Shown here: positions 39,065 through 48,138 of the stretch, piece after piece | Numbering within the stretch: the first letter of the stretch is position 1 | How the letters are laid out: the number at the start of each line of letters is the position of its first letter | Origin: Bacteroidales bacterium | GTDB lineage: Bacteria; Bacteroidota; Bacteroidia; Bacteroidales; WRLA01 | Assembly: GCA_963676415.1 (NCBI GenBank) | Contig: OY781097.1 | Span: 1,596,555-1,660,554 of the forward strand | Length of the DNA stretch: 64,000 nt | Reading direction: 5' to 3' | Notes under the pieces: generated by a model | What the model was told of the DNA's origin: nothing | The model's input: only the letters and a program-made list of their open reading frames with translations | Database searches by the model: none | Program-made: the position numbers and the translations under genes

Positions 39065-40237
39065 TTACTTCAGGATAACGGTTTGGTCGGCTTCGCCCAT
39101 TTCCATGGTTTTTGTTGTATGTGTTCCCTGTCCGTCTTTTTTCCCGCTATATGAAAGGGCAAGGGTTACATTGGCTCCGCTTGGCCAGTTAATATCTTTC
39201 CAGTAAACATACTGGTTGCTGTTTTCGAAATGACATCGGATTTCGGTGTTGGCCCAGAGGTTGTAATAACCCATGTCCTGTTCCTGAGAAAGCCAGTTGA
39301 TGCGTACGTTTTCTGTTACTTCGCTTGTTAAACCAGCGTTCATAACCTCCTTGTTCCATGCATTGATTGTATTGTTTTCCAGGCTAAGGAAGAAGAAGTC
39401 ACGGCTAATTTCAAAATTGATTGTTTTGTCACCTTCGCTGGTGTAATAGGTTTCCCAATCAGACGAAAGATCCATACCGTGAGGAGCATATGTTTCTACT
39501 TTATAGTTGATTTCACCATCTGCATTCTCATCAATAAGAGTAACTGAACTGCCAACCTCAACTATTTCAGTGTTATAGGTAGTTTCATTATAAACTTTAA
39601 TTCTTGAGGGTGTCGTATTGTTGATTGTAAGTCCTGGTGCATAGCTTTCCACAACGTCTTCCTTGATCATTTCATTAGAACCAAATTCATTGGTAACTTC
39701 AAGCTTAATGTCATAGAAACCTATTGAAATGCAAGTCCAAACAAGCGTATCAACATTATACTGTACTGATTCCTGACCGGCAGGGTTAATTACAGTCCAT
39801 TTGATCATATCAATTTCGCCCAAAGATTTATTTACGATAGTAATTTGATCACCCACATTGACAAAAGTTGGGCTCACAGTAAAATCAGCTACAGGCTCTG
39901 CACTGGTAACAGTGATGTAATCTGTTCTGGTTTTTGTATTGGTGCCTTCGGCGTTAGTAACTGTTAAACTAACAGGATAAGTGCCGGGTAAAGCATAAGT
40001 CACTTCCGGGTTTTGTTTGGTTGATATTGCGGGTTCGCCACCAATAAAAACCCAGTCCCAACTAGTGGGTTCTCCGGTAGATTTATCAGTAAAAGTAATG
40101 GTTTGTCCCACATCAATATCAGTGCTTGATGCAGAAAAAGAAGCGACAGGCGCTTCCGCATCATCTTCACTACTGCAAGATGAAAATACAAGGATCAGAG
40201 ATACCAGTCCTAGTGCTAAAATACGTAATTTGTTCAT
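39065..40237 (-). CDS. PKD-domain lipoprotein
   Basis: Lipobox VFSSC. Two PKD-like repeats (FSASSTDIDVGQTITFTDKSTGEPTSWDWVF..., FTVSPTFVNVGDQITIVNKS...). Confidence 0.7.
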   Translation of the reverse strand: MNKLRILALGLVSLILVFSSCSSEDDAEAPVASFSASSTDIDVGQTITFTDKSTGEPTSWDWVFIGGEPAISTKQNPEVTYALPGTYPVSLTVTNAEGTNTKTRTDYITVTSAEPVADFTVSPTFVNVGDQITIVNKSLGEIDMIKWTVINPAGQESVQYNVDTLVWTCISIGFYDIKLEVTNEFGSNEMIKEDVVESYAPGLTINNTTPSRIKVYNETTYNTEIVEVGSSVTLIDENADGEINYKVETYAPHGMDLSSDWETYYTSEGDKTINFEISRDFFFLSLENNTINAWNKEVMNAGLTSEVTENVRINWLSQEQDMGYYNLWANTEIRCHFENSNQYVYWKDINWPSGANVTLALSYSGKKDGQGTHTTKTMEMGEADQTVILK

Positions 40238-40678
40238 TTTTAGTTATTTAAAGATTAATAAATTTGCTCATCACAAAGCGTGCAAACATATTTCAAAACT
40301 TTCCGAAAGACAATAGTTTTTCATTTGTGTTTCTCGAATTAATCCTTAGTAGCAGGATGCATTGTATTTTGAAATTTTCGGGAAGGATTTTTTCAAGAAT
40401 TTTCAACTGGATCCCAATCGGGCAAAGCACAAAAAGAATTCATGCTTATCGAATAAATTATATTGTCCATTTGCTAAGAAACCTTTAGCGAAGCACAGAT
40501 CCGAATGAAGGAATATGTATCGCATAATGCGCTTAATATGAGAGTATTATATATTATTGTAATTTCTGGAATTTGTTTCTGCTGACTTGTACTTTCATAC
40601 TGTCCTCAAATCATTTAAACGGGCTGAATACTTTTTTTTAACTTTGTGTTTTCTTGTGAGCTTAAGAACATAAATATT

Positions 40679-41260
40679 ATGCCTGAACAAATACTCGAAA
40701 TAAACAAATACGAACTCAGCAACTACCCGGTAGAAAGCTATAACGGTCCCATTATTTTGGTGGATCATGAGGAACAACTTGGCGGACTTTCTAATTATTT
40801 TGAAAATGAAAGCGTTATTGGCATCGATACAGAAACCCGGCCGTCTTTCCGAAAAGGGCGTATCAATGAAGTGTCCTTATTACAGTTAGCAACATCCAAA
40901 GCAGTGATTTTGATACGTTTACATTATGTGCCACTGCCGGCTTTTATCCATAATATTTTTGAAAATAAAAGCATCATAAAAGCGGGTATCGGGATCACGG
41001 ATGATATCCGTGCCCTCCATAAAATTGATGATTTTGAACAACAATCTTTTGTTGATCTCAACAAAATGGCGCAACAAAAAGGTTTTATCAGCATTGGTGC
41101 ACGGAAGCTTTCGGCTTTGGTGCTGGGTTTTCGTATTAGCAAACGGCAACAGTTGAGCAATTGGGAGGCTGAAGAGCTTTCGGAAGCACAACAATTGTAT
41201 GCTGCAACCGACGCCTGGGTGGCACGCGAGATTTACCTAAAGTTTTTAAACAAGCAATAA
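40679..41260 (+). CDS. 3'-5' exonuclease domain protein (RNase D / WRN-exo-like)
   Basis: IGIDTETRP (ExoI), LLQLAT, KAGIGITDDIRAL and YAATDAW (ExoIII) motifs. Confidence 0.75.
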   Translation: MPEQILEINKYELSNYPVESYNGPIILVDHEEQLGGLSNYFENESVIGIDTETRPSFRKGRINEVSLLQLATSKAVILIRLHYVPLPAFIHNIFENKSIIKAGIGITDDIRALHKIDDFEQQSFVDLNKMAQQKGFISIGARKLSALVLGFRISKRQQLSNWEAEELSEAQQLYAATDAWVAREIYLKFLNKQ

Positions 41261-41327
41261 AACCAAACAGATGATCAGAAAAGCTGTTATTTCCATAATG
41301 GCTGCTTTTTTTTTGATTTGAAGCAGT

Positions 41328-41744
41328 ATGGCCGGTAATCCGGTTCAGGATTTCGATGAATTAATGAGATCCCTGAACGAAGGCAATAGCGTGCCCATGA
41401 TTGTTCATTATGCCGATTGCCAGTTGATCAGCGATAACGAAATACAGGAACGGGTGCCCAATGCCATCGGTGGTATGGACATTGATGTTTATGAATATTA
41501 TGCTGAAGGAGCCGTGCGCAAAAAAGTGGCTTTTGTCGTTTTTTCTACTTCAAAACTGATCCAAAACCCCATTGGTGATGGATACGTTTACAACTATGTG
41601 AAAGTGAGCGCCGATAATAAAGTACGGATTACAGCCCGATATCTCAACCCCATCACCTTCGAAGAAGAAATGGACGAAAATTTCTTCAGTGCCATAAAAG
41701 ATGGTTCTGTTTATTTTTATGAGCAGGGCTCAAGAGCGGATTAA
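41328..41744 (+). CDS. Hypothetical protein
   Basis: 138-aa ORF with no recognisable motifs. Confidence 0.4.
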   Translation: MAGNPVQDFDELMRSLNEGNSVPMIVHYADCQLISDNEIQERVPNAIGGMDIDVYEYYAEGAVRKKVAFVVFSTSKLIQNPIGDGYVYNYVKVSADNKVRITARYLNPITFEEEMDENFFSAIKDGSVYFYEQGSRAD

Positions 41745-41757
41745 GGCCGATACGAAA

Positions 41758-42204
41758 CTAGTTGTCTTCGGCGTACCACTCCGCGTAAGAAGTAACAGTT
41801 TCGCGCAGCAACATACTGTGTAAACTGATATTTGCCGGTAGATGTGGCTTAATGCGCTCAGCAAAATCAATCAGCATATTTTCACTTGAAGGCTGATAAT
41901 CAACCACAATCAACCGCCCGAAAACCGGATGCTTCGGGCAGTCCAGTTCATCGGCCGTAGCTTTGCTGATCACAATTGCGTGGTCAAAATGATCCACAAT
42001 TTCCTTTTTAACAATCTTTTTCAAGTCGCCAAAATCCATCACCATCCCCAGTTTCGGGTCTGTTGCATCCTGATTTGGCTCCCCGATAACCGTTACAAAA
42101 AGTTTATAGGAATGCCCGTGCATATGCTTGCAAAGCCCATCGTAGCCATGCAGCGCATGAGCCATTTCAAATTTGAATTCCTTGGTAATACGAATACGTG
42201 CCAT
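41758..42204 (-). CDS. queD: 6-carboxy-5,6,7,8-tetrahydropterin synthase
   Basis: FKFEMAHALHGYDGLCKHMHGHSYKL motif (Zn-binding His residues and catalytic Cys). 148 aa. Confidence 0.8.
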   Translation of the reverse strand: MARIRITKEFKFEMAHALHGYDGLCKHMHGHSYKLFVTVIGEPNQDATDPKLGMVMDFGDLKKIVKKEIVDHFDHAIVISKATADELDCPKHPVFGRLIVVDYQPSSENMLIDFAERIKPHLPANISLHSMLLRETVTSYAEWYAEDN

Positions 42205-42316
42205 AGGAGCCGGTTAAATATTTTTATGTTTGTGTATATACTCTAGCGCTTGATACAGAATTTTCGAAATCGAAGTATTCTGCCGAAATCTTGCAGAAGA
42301 AGAATCCCAAATTTTT

Positions 42317-42498
42317 GGAGACATTAGAGACGGAAACTATTTAGTGTCTGTCTATAAAGTCGGGTTTTTGGGTCAGAATGTTCGAGATCGAGGCATTCGA
42401 TGGGCTGAAAACGGAGTCCCGTCTGTACGGGATGACTTGTTTTCAGAACAAGAATAATCCCGAAGCTTCGGGAGACATTATGGACAAAAACTATTTAG
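42317..42498. repeat. Structured repeat element, copy 2, bounded by 28-bp imperfect direct repeats
   Basis: Left DR ggagacattagagacggaaactatttag (42317-42344) and right DR ggagacattatggacaaaaactatttag (42471-42498) match at 24/28. The core is homologous to 16651-16800. The right DR contains the stop codon of the endonuclease gene. Confidence 0.8.
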
Positions 42499-43543
42499 TT
42501 ATTTTGCAACGATACACAGGCTTACTTAGTTCATTCAGCAAACTCATTATGTACATGCCCGGTTTGAGGTGTTGCGTATTCACATCAAATTCTTCGCCCT
42601 GAACGCTTTTGGGCTCAATAACCATTTTACCGGTCAGGTCGTAAATGCACAGGCTGTATCCCTGAAATTTATCGGCCTGAGTAAAGCTGATATGCAATTT
42701 GCTGGCAACCGGAACAGGATATACATCAATATCATATTCATATTGCAGCTCTTGCTGTGATGCCGTGGGATCCCAGATCAGGTCAGCAAATTCGGGATGG
42801 TCGATAAAAGGGTTGCGGTTATGCTGGATGTCGTAAATACCGTCATTCCGGGTAATTTCCTTTGTGCTTACCGGGTCATTGTGATGCCATTCGAGCATCA
42901 TGTCCAATGCCCAGGGCTTAAGTTTGGCGCCATCGACCATCGCATTGCTTTGCCATGAACCGTCTTCGCCATAATAACGGGTTGCCATATAAAAATAGAT
43001 GCGGGCAAAATCGCCTTTATATTCATCGATGGGCTCAAAGGCTTTTCCGGTATAACCGGGATAAGTGCAGTTTCCCAATTTGCTTCCGTTAGAGCTGGTA
43101 TAAGTAGCAGAACCCACTTCACCAAACGGATAATTGCTGCGCATCCCGTTTACTTTACCGTCGGTCGGTACAATATGGTGGATATCGGTATTCATCGGGC
43201 TTTTATCGTTAAACCAGCTTTTTGGCCATGAGTGCTCACGGTTGTAGCAATCGCATTCGCTGGAATAATTGCCGCATTGGTCGCTGCCAAAAGTAAAATC
43301 ACAATCGGAATACATATCCCATACTTTGCCATCGGAACGGCGGTCGGTGGTTTTTACTGCCGTCCATATGTAACTGTACGACACGGAATTATGATTATCA
43401 ATGATTTGATGGAGTTTCGACTGAAGCGCAGTGCTTGTGAGGCCTTCTGTTCCATTGTAATATCCTTGAGGGACCTGTGCATTGAGATTGAGGGCAATAA
43501 GTGCTACAAACAGCTGTAGGCTAAGAAATTTGAATAAATTCAT
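42491..43543 (-). CDS. Extracellular endonuclease I family nuclease with T9SS C-terminal sorting domain
   Basis: REHSWPKSWF and DIHHIVPTDGKVNGMRSNYPFGEV motifs. Signal peptide. C-terminal ~80 aa CTD (VYPVPVASKLHISF...). Confidence 0.75.
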   Translation of the reverse strand: MNLFKFLSLQLFVALIALNLNAQVPQGYYNGTEGLTSTALQSKLHQIIDNHNSVSYSYIWTAVKTTDRRSDGKVWDMYSDCDFTFGSDQCGNYSSECDCYNREHSWPKSWFNDKSPMNTDIHHIVPTDGKVNGMRSNYPFGEVGSATYTSSNGSKLGNCTYPGYTGKAFEPIDEYKGDFARIYFYMATRYYGEDGSWQSNAMVDGAKLKPWALDMMLEWHHNDPVSTKEITRNDGIYDIQHNRNPFIDHPEFADLIWDPTASQQELQYEYDIDVYPVPVASKLHISFTQADKFQGYSLCIYDLTGKMVIEPKSVQGEEFDVNTQHLKPGMYIMSLLNELSKPVYRCKITK

Positions 43544-43642
43544 GTGGTAAACTTTACAATTGTGGATTAGAAAAACGGCGCAAAGGTAGGATTATTTTAA
43601 CAGTACGAAAAGAAAGCAATAAATCTCTTCGAAAACCAACAA

Positions 43643-44206
43643 TCAGGCAGTTGCTGCCATAGTTTGAATCTGAAGGATCAGCATCAGCACTGCCGTCAGG
43701 AGAATCCAGACGCCTCCAATCAAAGCAATTGTACGTGCCTGCTTTTCACTTCCGGTTTTCTTTTGGATCATCAGGCTAACAACCATCGTTGCTGCAAGTG
43801 TGGAAATCATCGTGGAAAAAACATATTGGTTCAATCCGTAGGCCAGTCCCAGCAACATACTTGTAATGCCACTGGCCGTTCCGAGCAACAACAATGAGCC
43901 AAAATTATGCACATAATATACATGATAGGCTATTTGTTTTTTCCAACGGCTAATGATTGTTTTGGCACCAATGAGCGCCGTTAGGGCAGCACCGAGATGC
44001 AAAGAAAATTTGCCGGAAAAAAGGGCGACAAAATCGGCAAGCAAAAAACCCAGGGCAAAGAAAAGCAGAAACAAAATGCCTAAAACCCAACGGCCTCCAT
44101 AAAAAAGCCTTTTTTTATCGGCAGGAGCAGAAAAAAGCAATAGGTTTTCATAAAACAGCATGCCAATGCCTACTGCCAAAAAGATTTGTATAAGATATAT
44201 CAACAT
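43643..44206 (-). CDS. Hypothetical polytopic membrane protein
   Basis: 187 aa with about 6 hydrophobic segments. Family not recognised. Confidence 0.45.
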   Translation of the reverse strand: MLIYLIQIFLAVGIGMLFYENLLLFSAPADKKRLFYGGRWVLGILFLLFFALGFLLADFVALFSGKFSLHLGAALTALIGAKTIISRWKKQIAYHVYYVHNFGSLLLLGTASGITSMLLGLAYGLNQYVFSTMISTLAATMVVSLMIQKKTGSEKQARTIALIGGVWILLTAVLMLILQIQTMAATA

Positions 44207-44247
44207 AATAATCCCAACTTAAAAAAAGGCAAAGCCAGCAGTATATT

Positions 44248-44853
44248 TTACTTGAATAATTTGCTTTTACGACCAAAAACGCCCTGAAACACAAATTCAT
44301 CGAAATCATTCCGAACCCGTGGTGCGTCCTCCAGCTTTTGCAGGTTTGGATGGAGCTCTGCCGCTTCTCCGGGGAATCCTACAGCTATTGCTGTAAGTGC
44401 TTCGTAATCAAAAGGCACATTCAAAAGTTCCGCAGCAAGTTTGGCATCAAAACCACCCATTTGGTGCATAAATAAGCCTTCTTGCATAGCCTGAATGCTC
44501 ATGTTGGCCACAGCCTGCCCCACGTCATATTGATACGAGGGATTGGGCTGTTCGGGATTTTTGGTAGAGAACTTCCTGCCGCAACTCAACAGCAGAACTG
44601 GGGCTGTTTTTGCCCATAATTGATTAAACTCTACAAGTGTCTCAAAAATGCGGGCATAAGTTTCATCACCTTTAAAACCAATCAGGAAAGACCATGGCTG
44701 TTCATTCGATCCTGATGCCGCCCATCGGGCTGCCTCAAAAAGCCGTTGAATTTGTTCCGTACTTACTTTTTTTTCTGGATTAAATGCCCTGGGGCTCCAT
44801 CGCTCTTTTATCAGATCGTTAATTCCAAATTGAGTGTCTGCTGTTTTTTTCAT
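44248..44853 (-). CDS. Nitroreductase family protein
   Basis: RWSPRAF...AARWAASGSNEQPW motif. 201 aa. Confidence 0.75.
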   Translation of the reverse strand: MKKTADTQFGINDLIKERWSPRAFNPEKKVSTEQIQRLFEAARWAASGSNEQPWSFLIGFKGDETYARIFETLVEFNQLWAKTAPVLLLSCGRKFSTKNPEQPNPSYQYDVGQAVANMSIQAMQEGLFMHQMGGFDAKLAAELLNVPFDYEALTAIAVGFPGEAAELHPNLQKLEDAPRVRNDFDEFVFQGVFGRKSKLFK

Positions 44854-45114
44854 GCGTTTTGTTTTATGGCTGTTTTATTAATATGCTGTGCTGCCGCCTT
44901 GCTTTTTTTAATGCTCGTATTATGCAAAGGATAACAAGGCTGGACGCATAAGGTTGACAACAAAATTACATATAAAAACACTCTTGTCCAAAGCCGTGGG
45001 TAATCATTGGCAGGTCAATTTAAAAAGCAAAGTGGTTAGCCAAAGCACAACCGGCATTGAGGTGCATTCTTTGCCACATTAAAAGATTACGAATTTAAAC
45101 CCGGCTTTTGTTGA

Positions 45115-46470
45115 TTATAAAGTAATTGAAAAAACCGTTCCTTCATTCAGTTTGGACTTTACAGTTATACTGCCTTTATGCAGGTGCATGATTTGCCTCG
45201 AAAGGCTGAGCCCGACACCGCTACCTGTTTTTTTGCTAGTGAAAAAGGGCATAAAAATTTTGTCCAGTATATCCGGTTTGATGCCGTGTCCATTATCCTG
45301 CACTTCAATGCAAACACGGTTATTGCGGTTTTTATAGGCGCGCATCAAAATTTTTGGATCATCAATGGTTTTAACGGCATCAATGGCATTGACCAAAAGG
45401 TTTATCAGTACCTGGTCGATCAAATCCGGGTCTGCCGTTATCATAATATCTTTCGGGAACATATCATATTTGAAATCAATATGATTTTTGCCCATGCGGG
45501 CCTTCATAAGGAGTTCGGTGCGGATAAACAAGTCTTTGACTTCGAAATATTTGAAATTCGGCTTGGGTATTCGGGTGAGGTTACGGTAAACCTCAACAAA
45601 TTTCAGTAAACCTCCGGCGCGATTTGCGATGGTATGTATCGCATTATGAATGCCTTCCAGGTCTTCTTGGCCGAGTTCCCGCAAATGCCGCACTTCTTCA
45701 TTTTCATCAAACAGCAACTGGCCCAAAGTATCCGATAAGCTCGAAATCGGTGTCATGCTGTTCATGATTTCGTGTGTCAGTACACGGATCATTTTTTGCC
45801 AGGCTTCAATTTCCTTTTCTTCCAGCTCAGAATGGATGTCCTGCATAGAGACCAAAATAAAGCTTTCGTTGTGCATCCTGAATTCTGTTGCAATAATTGC
45901 AATTTGGAAAAGTTCATCATTGTGGAAAATCCGAATCAGGTTTTTATCGCCCGATTTCATTTTCAGTAATAAATCAGCTAAGCCTTTGCGCACACTTTCA
46001 AGTTCCCTGATGTTTTTGATGCCAGGTATGCCCATCAAATCGCGCACAGCTTTATTGAGCATATCCACTTTTCCGTTTTTATTAAAAACCAGGATGCCAA
46101 TATCAATATGCTGCACAACGGTTTGCAGGTAATTGTGTTTTTCTTCTTTTTCGGCGCGATACCGGTTAAACTCTTCAATTACTTCGTTAAATGCATCATT
46201 AAGCTGGCGGAAGCTTTTGTTGCCTTCTTCGAATTGAAAAGATGTGGTAAAATCGGCATGCTTTACGCTTAAAAGGAATTGCGCCAGTTTTTTATTCACT
46301 TTTTCCGCATAGGAAATCAATTCATAAACCTGAAATGCAATAAGCAGGCCCAGCAGGAAACTACTGATTCGGTAGGCTTCCATCCCCCAGCTAAATGAAA
46401 GGGCGGTGATGCTGCACAAAAGAAGCAAAACCCTGAAAATGATCCGTATGCGAAAATTTTTATAAACCAT
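45115..46470 (-). CDS. Sensor histidine kinase (NtrB-like partner of the sigma-54 activator)
   Basis: Two N-terminal TM segments. H-box LTHEIMNSMTPI. N/G boxes (NLLVNAIDA, DNGHGI, GSGVGLSLSRQI). The start at 46470 overlaps the upstream stop by 11 nt. Confidence 0.8.
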   Translation of the reverse strand: MVYKNFRIRIIFRVLLLLCSITALSFSWGMEAYRISSFLLGLLIAFQVYELISYAEKVNKKLAQFLLSVKHADFTTSFQFEEGNKSFRQLNDAFNEVIEEFNRYRAEKEEKHNYLQTVVQHIDIGILVFNKNGKVDMLNKAVRDLMGIPGIKNIRELESVRKGLADLLLKMKSGDKNLIRIFHNDELFQIAIIATEFRMHNESFILVSMQDIHSELEEKEIEAWQKMIRVLTHEIMNSMTPISSLSDTLGQLLFDENEEVRHLRELGQEDLEGIHNAIHTIANRAGGLLKFVEVYRNLTRIPKPNFKYFEVKDLFIRTELLMKARMGKNHIDFKYDMFPKDIMITADPDLIDQVLINLLVNAIDAVKTIDDPKILMRAYKNRNNRVCIEVQDNGHGIKPDILDKIFMPFFTSKKTGSGVGLSLSRQIMHLHKGSITVKSKLNEGTVFSITL

Positions 46471-47839
46471 ATTTTTCAATTCTACGGTACAGAGATGCAC
46501 GTGTTAAGCCTAATTCCTTGGCGGCTTTGCTGATGTTCCCGCCGTATTTGTCGATTACTTTGCGGATGAGCATTTTTTCGGTTTCTTCAAGGTTGAAATT
46601 GGTGGGCATTTCTGCTTTTTTTTCTTCTTCGCCCTGTTGGTTCAGGAAAAAATCCTGAGGTTGCAGTATGTTTGAGTCGCTCATAATGACAGCACGTTCC
46701 ATAGCATGCTGCAATTCCCTGATATTTCCCGGCCAATTGTGCATTTGCAGGCGCTTGGTTGTGCTGGCATTCAGGCGTTTTTGCGACATCTTATACTTCT
46801 TGCAATAAATGCCCAGAAAATGCTCTGCCAATGCCGGTATATCTTCGGTCCTCTCGCGCAAAGGCGGTATCTGAAGTTCCACAGTATTAATGCGGTACAG
46901 CAAATCCTGACGGAATTTATTGTCTTTTACCATTTCGTATAAAGGCATATTTGTGGCGCAAATCAGGCGCACATCAATAGGGATTTCTTTATTTGTGCCC
47001 AAGCGGATCACTTTTCGGTTTTGCAGAACACTCAGTAGTTTTGACTGGAGCGGAAAGCTGAGGTTTCCGATTTCATCGAGGAAAATACTGCCTTTGTTTG
47101 CTGCTTCAAAACGTCCGGCACGGTCTTCTTTGGCATCGGTAAACGCACCTTTTTTAAAGCCAAACAGTTCGCTTTCAAACAGGCTTTCGCTGATTGCGCC
47201 CAAATCTACACTGACAAAGACTTCGTTTTTGCGGTTGCTGGCTCGATGAATGGCGCGGGCTATCAGTTCTTTTCCGGTTCCGTTTTCTCCTAAAATCAGT
47301 ACATTGGCATCGGTATGGGCAACTTTTTCAACGGTTTTCAAAACCTTCTGCATACTGGGCGAAGAACCAATGATATCGTAATAGGGCGAATCCTGATCGC
47401 TGATAAATAGCCGTTTTTTGCTGCGCAGGTCCTGTAGTTCAACTTTTGACTGACGCAACTGGAGGTTCGCCTGTATTTCGGCAAGTAATTTTTTATTGTC
47501 CCAGGGCTTGAGCAGAAAATTGGTAGCTCCTTCTTTGATGCCTTGCACAGCCAGTTCAATATCGCCATAACCGGTGATGAAAATAACCACTGCCGCCGGG
47601 TCAATTTCCAATATGGTGTTTAGCCAGTAAAATCCTTCTTTGCCACTTGTTGCATCGCGCGAGAAATTCATGTCCAGCAAAATCACATCGTAATTTTCCT
47701 GCTTCATTAAATCGGGGATATTCTCCGGGTTTTTTTCGGTATGCACATATTTTATATGCTGTTTTAAAAACAGTTTTGCGGCCAGTAAAACGTCCGTATC
47801 ATCATCAACGATTAGTATTTTTGCTTCTAGTTTATCCAT
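46460..47839 (-). CDS. Sigma-54-dependent response regulator (NtrC family)
   Basis: Receiver domain (ILIVDDD...LLDMNF). AAA+ domain with GENGTGKE and GAFTDA (GAFTGA-like) motifs. C-terminal Fis-type HTH. Confidence 0.9.
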   Translation of the reverse strand: MDKLEAKILIVDDDTDVLLAAKLFLKQHIKYVHTEKNPENIPDLMKQENYDVILLDMNFSRDATSGKEGFYWLNTILEIDPAAVVIFITGYGDIELAVQGIKEGATNFLLKPWDNKKLLAEIQANLQLRQSKVELQDLRSKKRLFISDQDSPYYDIIGSSPSMQKVLKTVEKVAHTDANVLILGENGTGKELIARAIHRASNRKNEVFVSVDLGAISESLFESELFGFKKGAFTDAKEDRAGRFEAANKGSIFLDEIGNLSFPLQSKLLSVLQNRKVIRLGTNKEIPIDVRLICATNMPLYEMVKDNKFRQDLLYRINTVELQIPPLRERTEDIPALAEHFLGIYCKKYKMSQKRLNASTTKRLQMHNWPGNIRELQHAMERAVIMSDSNILQPQDFFLNQQGEEEKKAEMPTNFNLEETEKMLIRKVIDKYGGNISKAAKELGLTRASLYRRIEKYGL

Positions 47840-47954
47840 CCTGCTGAATTTATGGTTGTGGCTATATTAATAACAATATATTTTGGCAATAGCTATATAA
47901 CTAATATCATACCAAAAATTTAATCAATTGATATTCAGCATATAAAGCTGGTTG

Positions 47955-47973
47955 TGTACCCATCAAAGGTACA
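47955..47973. promoter_or_regulatory. Candidate enhancer (UAS) palindrome TGTACC-N7-GGTACA
   Basis: A perfect inverted repeat about 110 nt upstream of the TGGCAC motif. Additional GTACA half-sites occur at 47990-48002 and 48010-48017. Confidence 0.35.
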
Positions 47974-48080
47974 AAAAATGTCCGCTGGCGTACACGTACA
48001 CACTGGATTTTGTACAAGCTTTTCACAAACCGCTGCATACATCATTGCTAACTATCAGTATATCAATATTTAATAAATGA

Positions 48081-48096
48081 TGGCACAAAATTGGTT
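48081..48096 (+). promoter_or_regulatory. Candidate sigma-54 (-24/-12) promoter for the HlyD/ABC operon
   Basis: TGGCACaaaaTTGGtt lies 43 nt upstream of the ATG at 48139. The -24 element is perfect. The -12 element is imperfect (TTGG with N4 spacing, or TGGT with N5). Confidence 0.35.
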
Positions 48097-48138
48097 CTAA
48101 GGAAGCCACAACAACGACCCCATAAAAAAATTGCACTC

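Noticed and set aside
41271-41330. A short signal-peptide-like ORF (MIRKAVISIMAAFFLI) in frame with the 41328 ORF, separated by a TGA and containing a T9 run. It might indicate phase variation or a recoded stop.
   Set aside because: Adding or removing one T from the run still gives stops in every frame, so slippage cannot fuse the ORFs. The stretch is better explained as the hairpin plus T-run terminator of the exonuclease gene.
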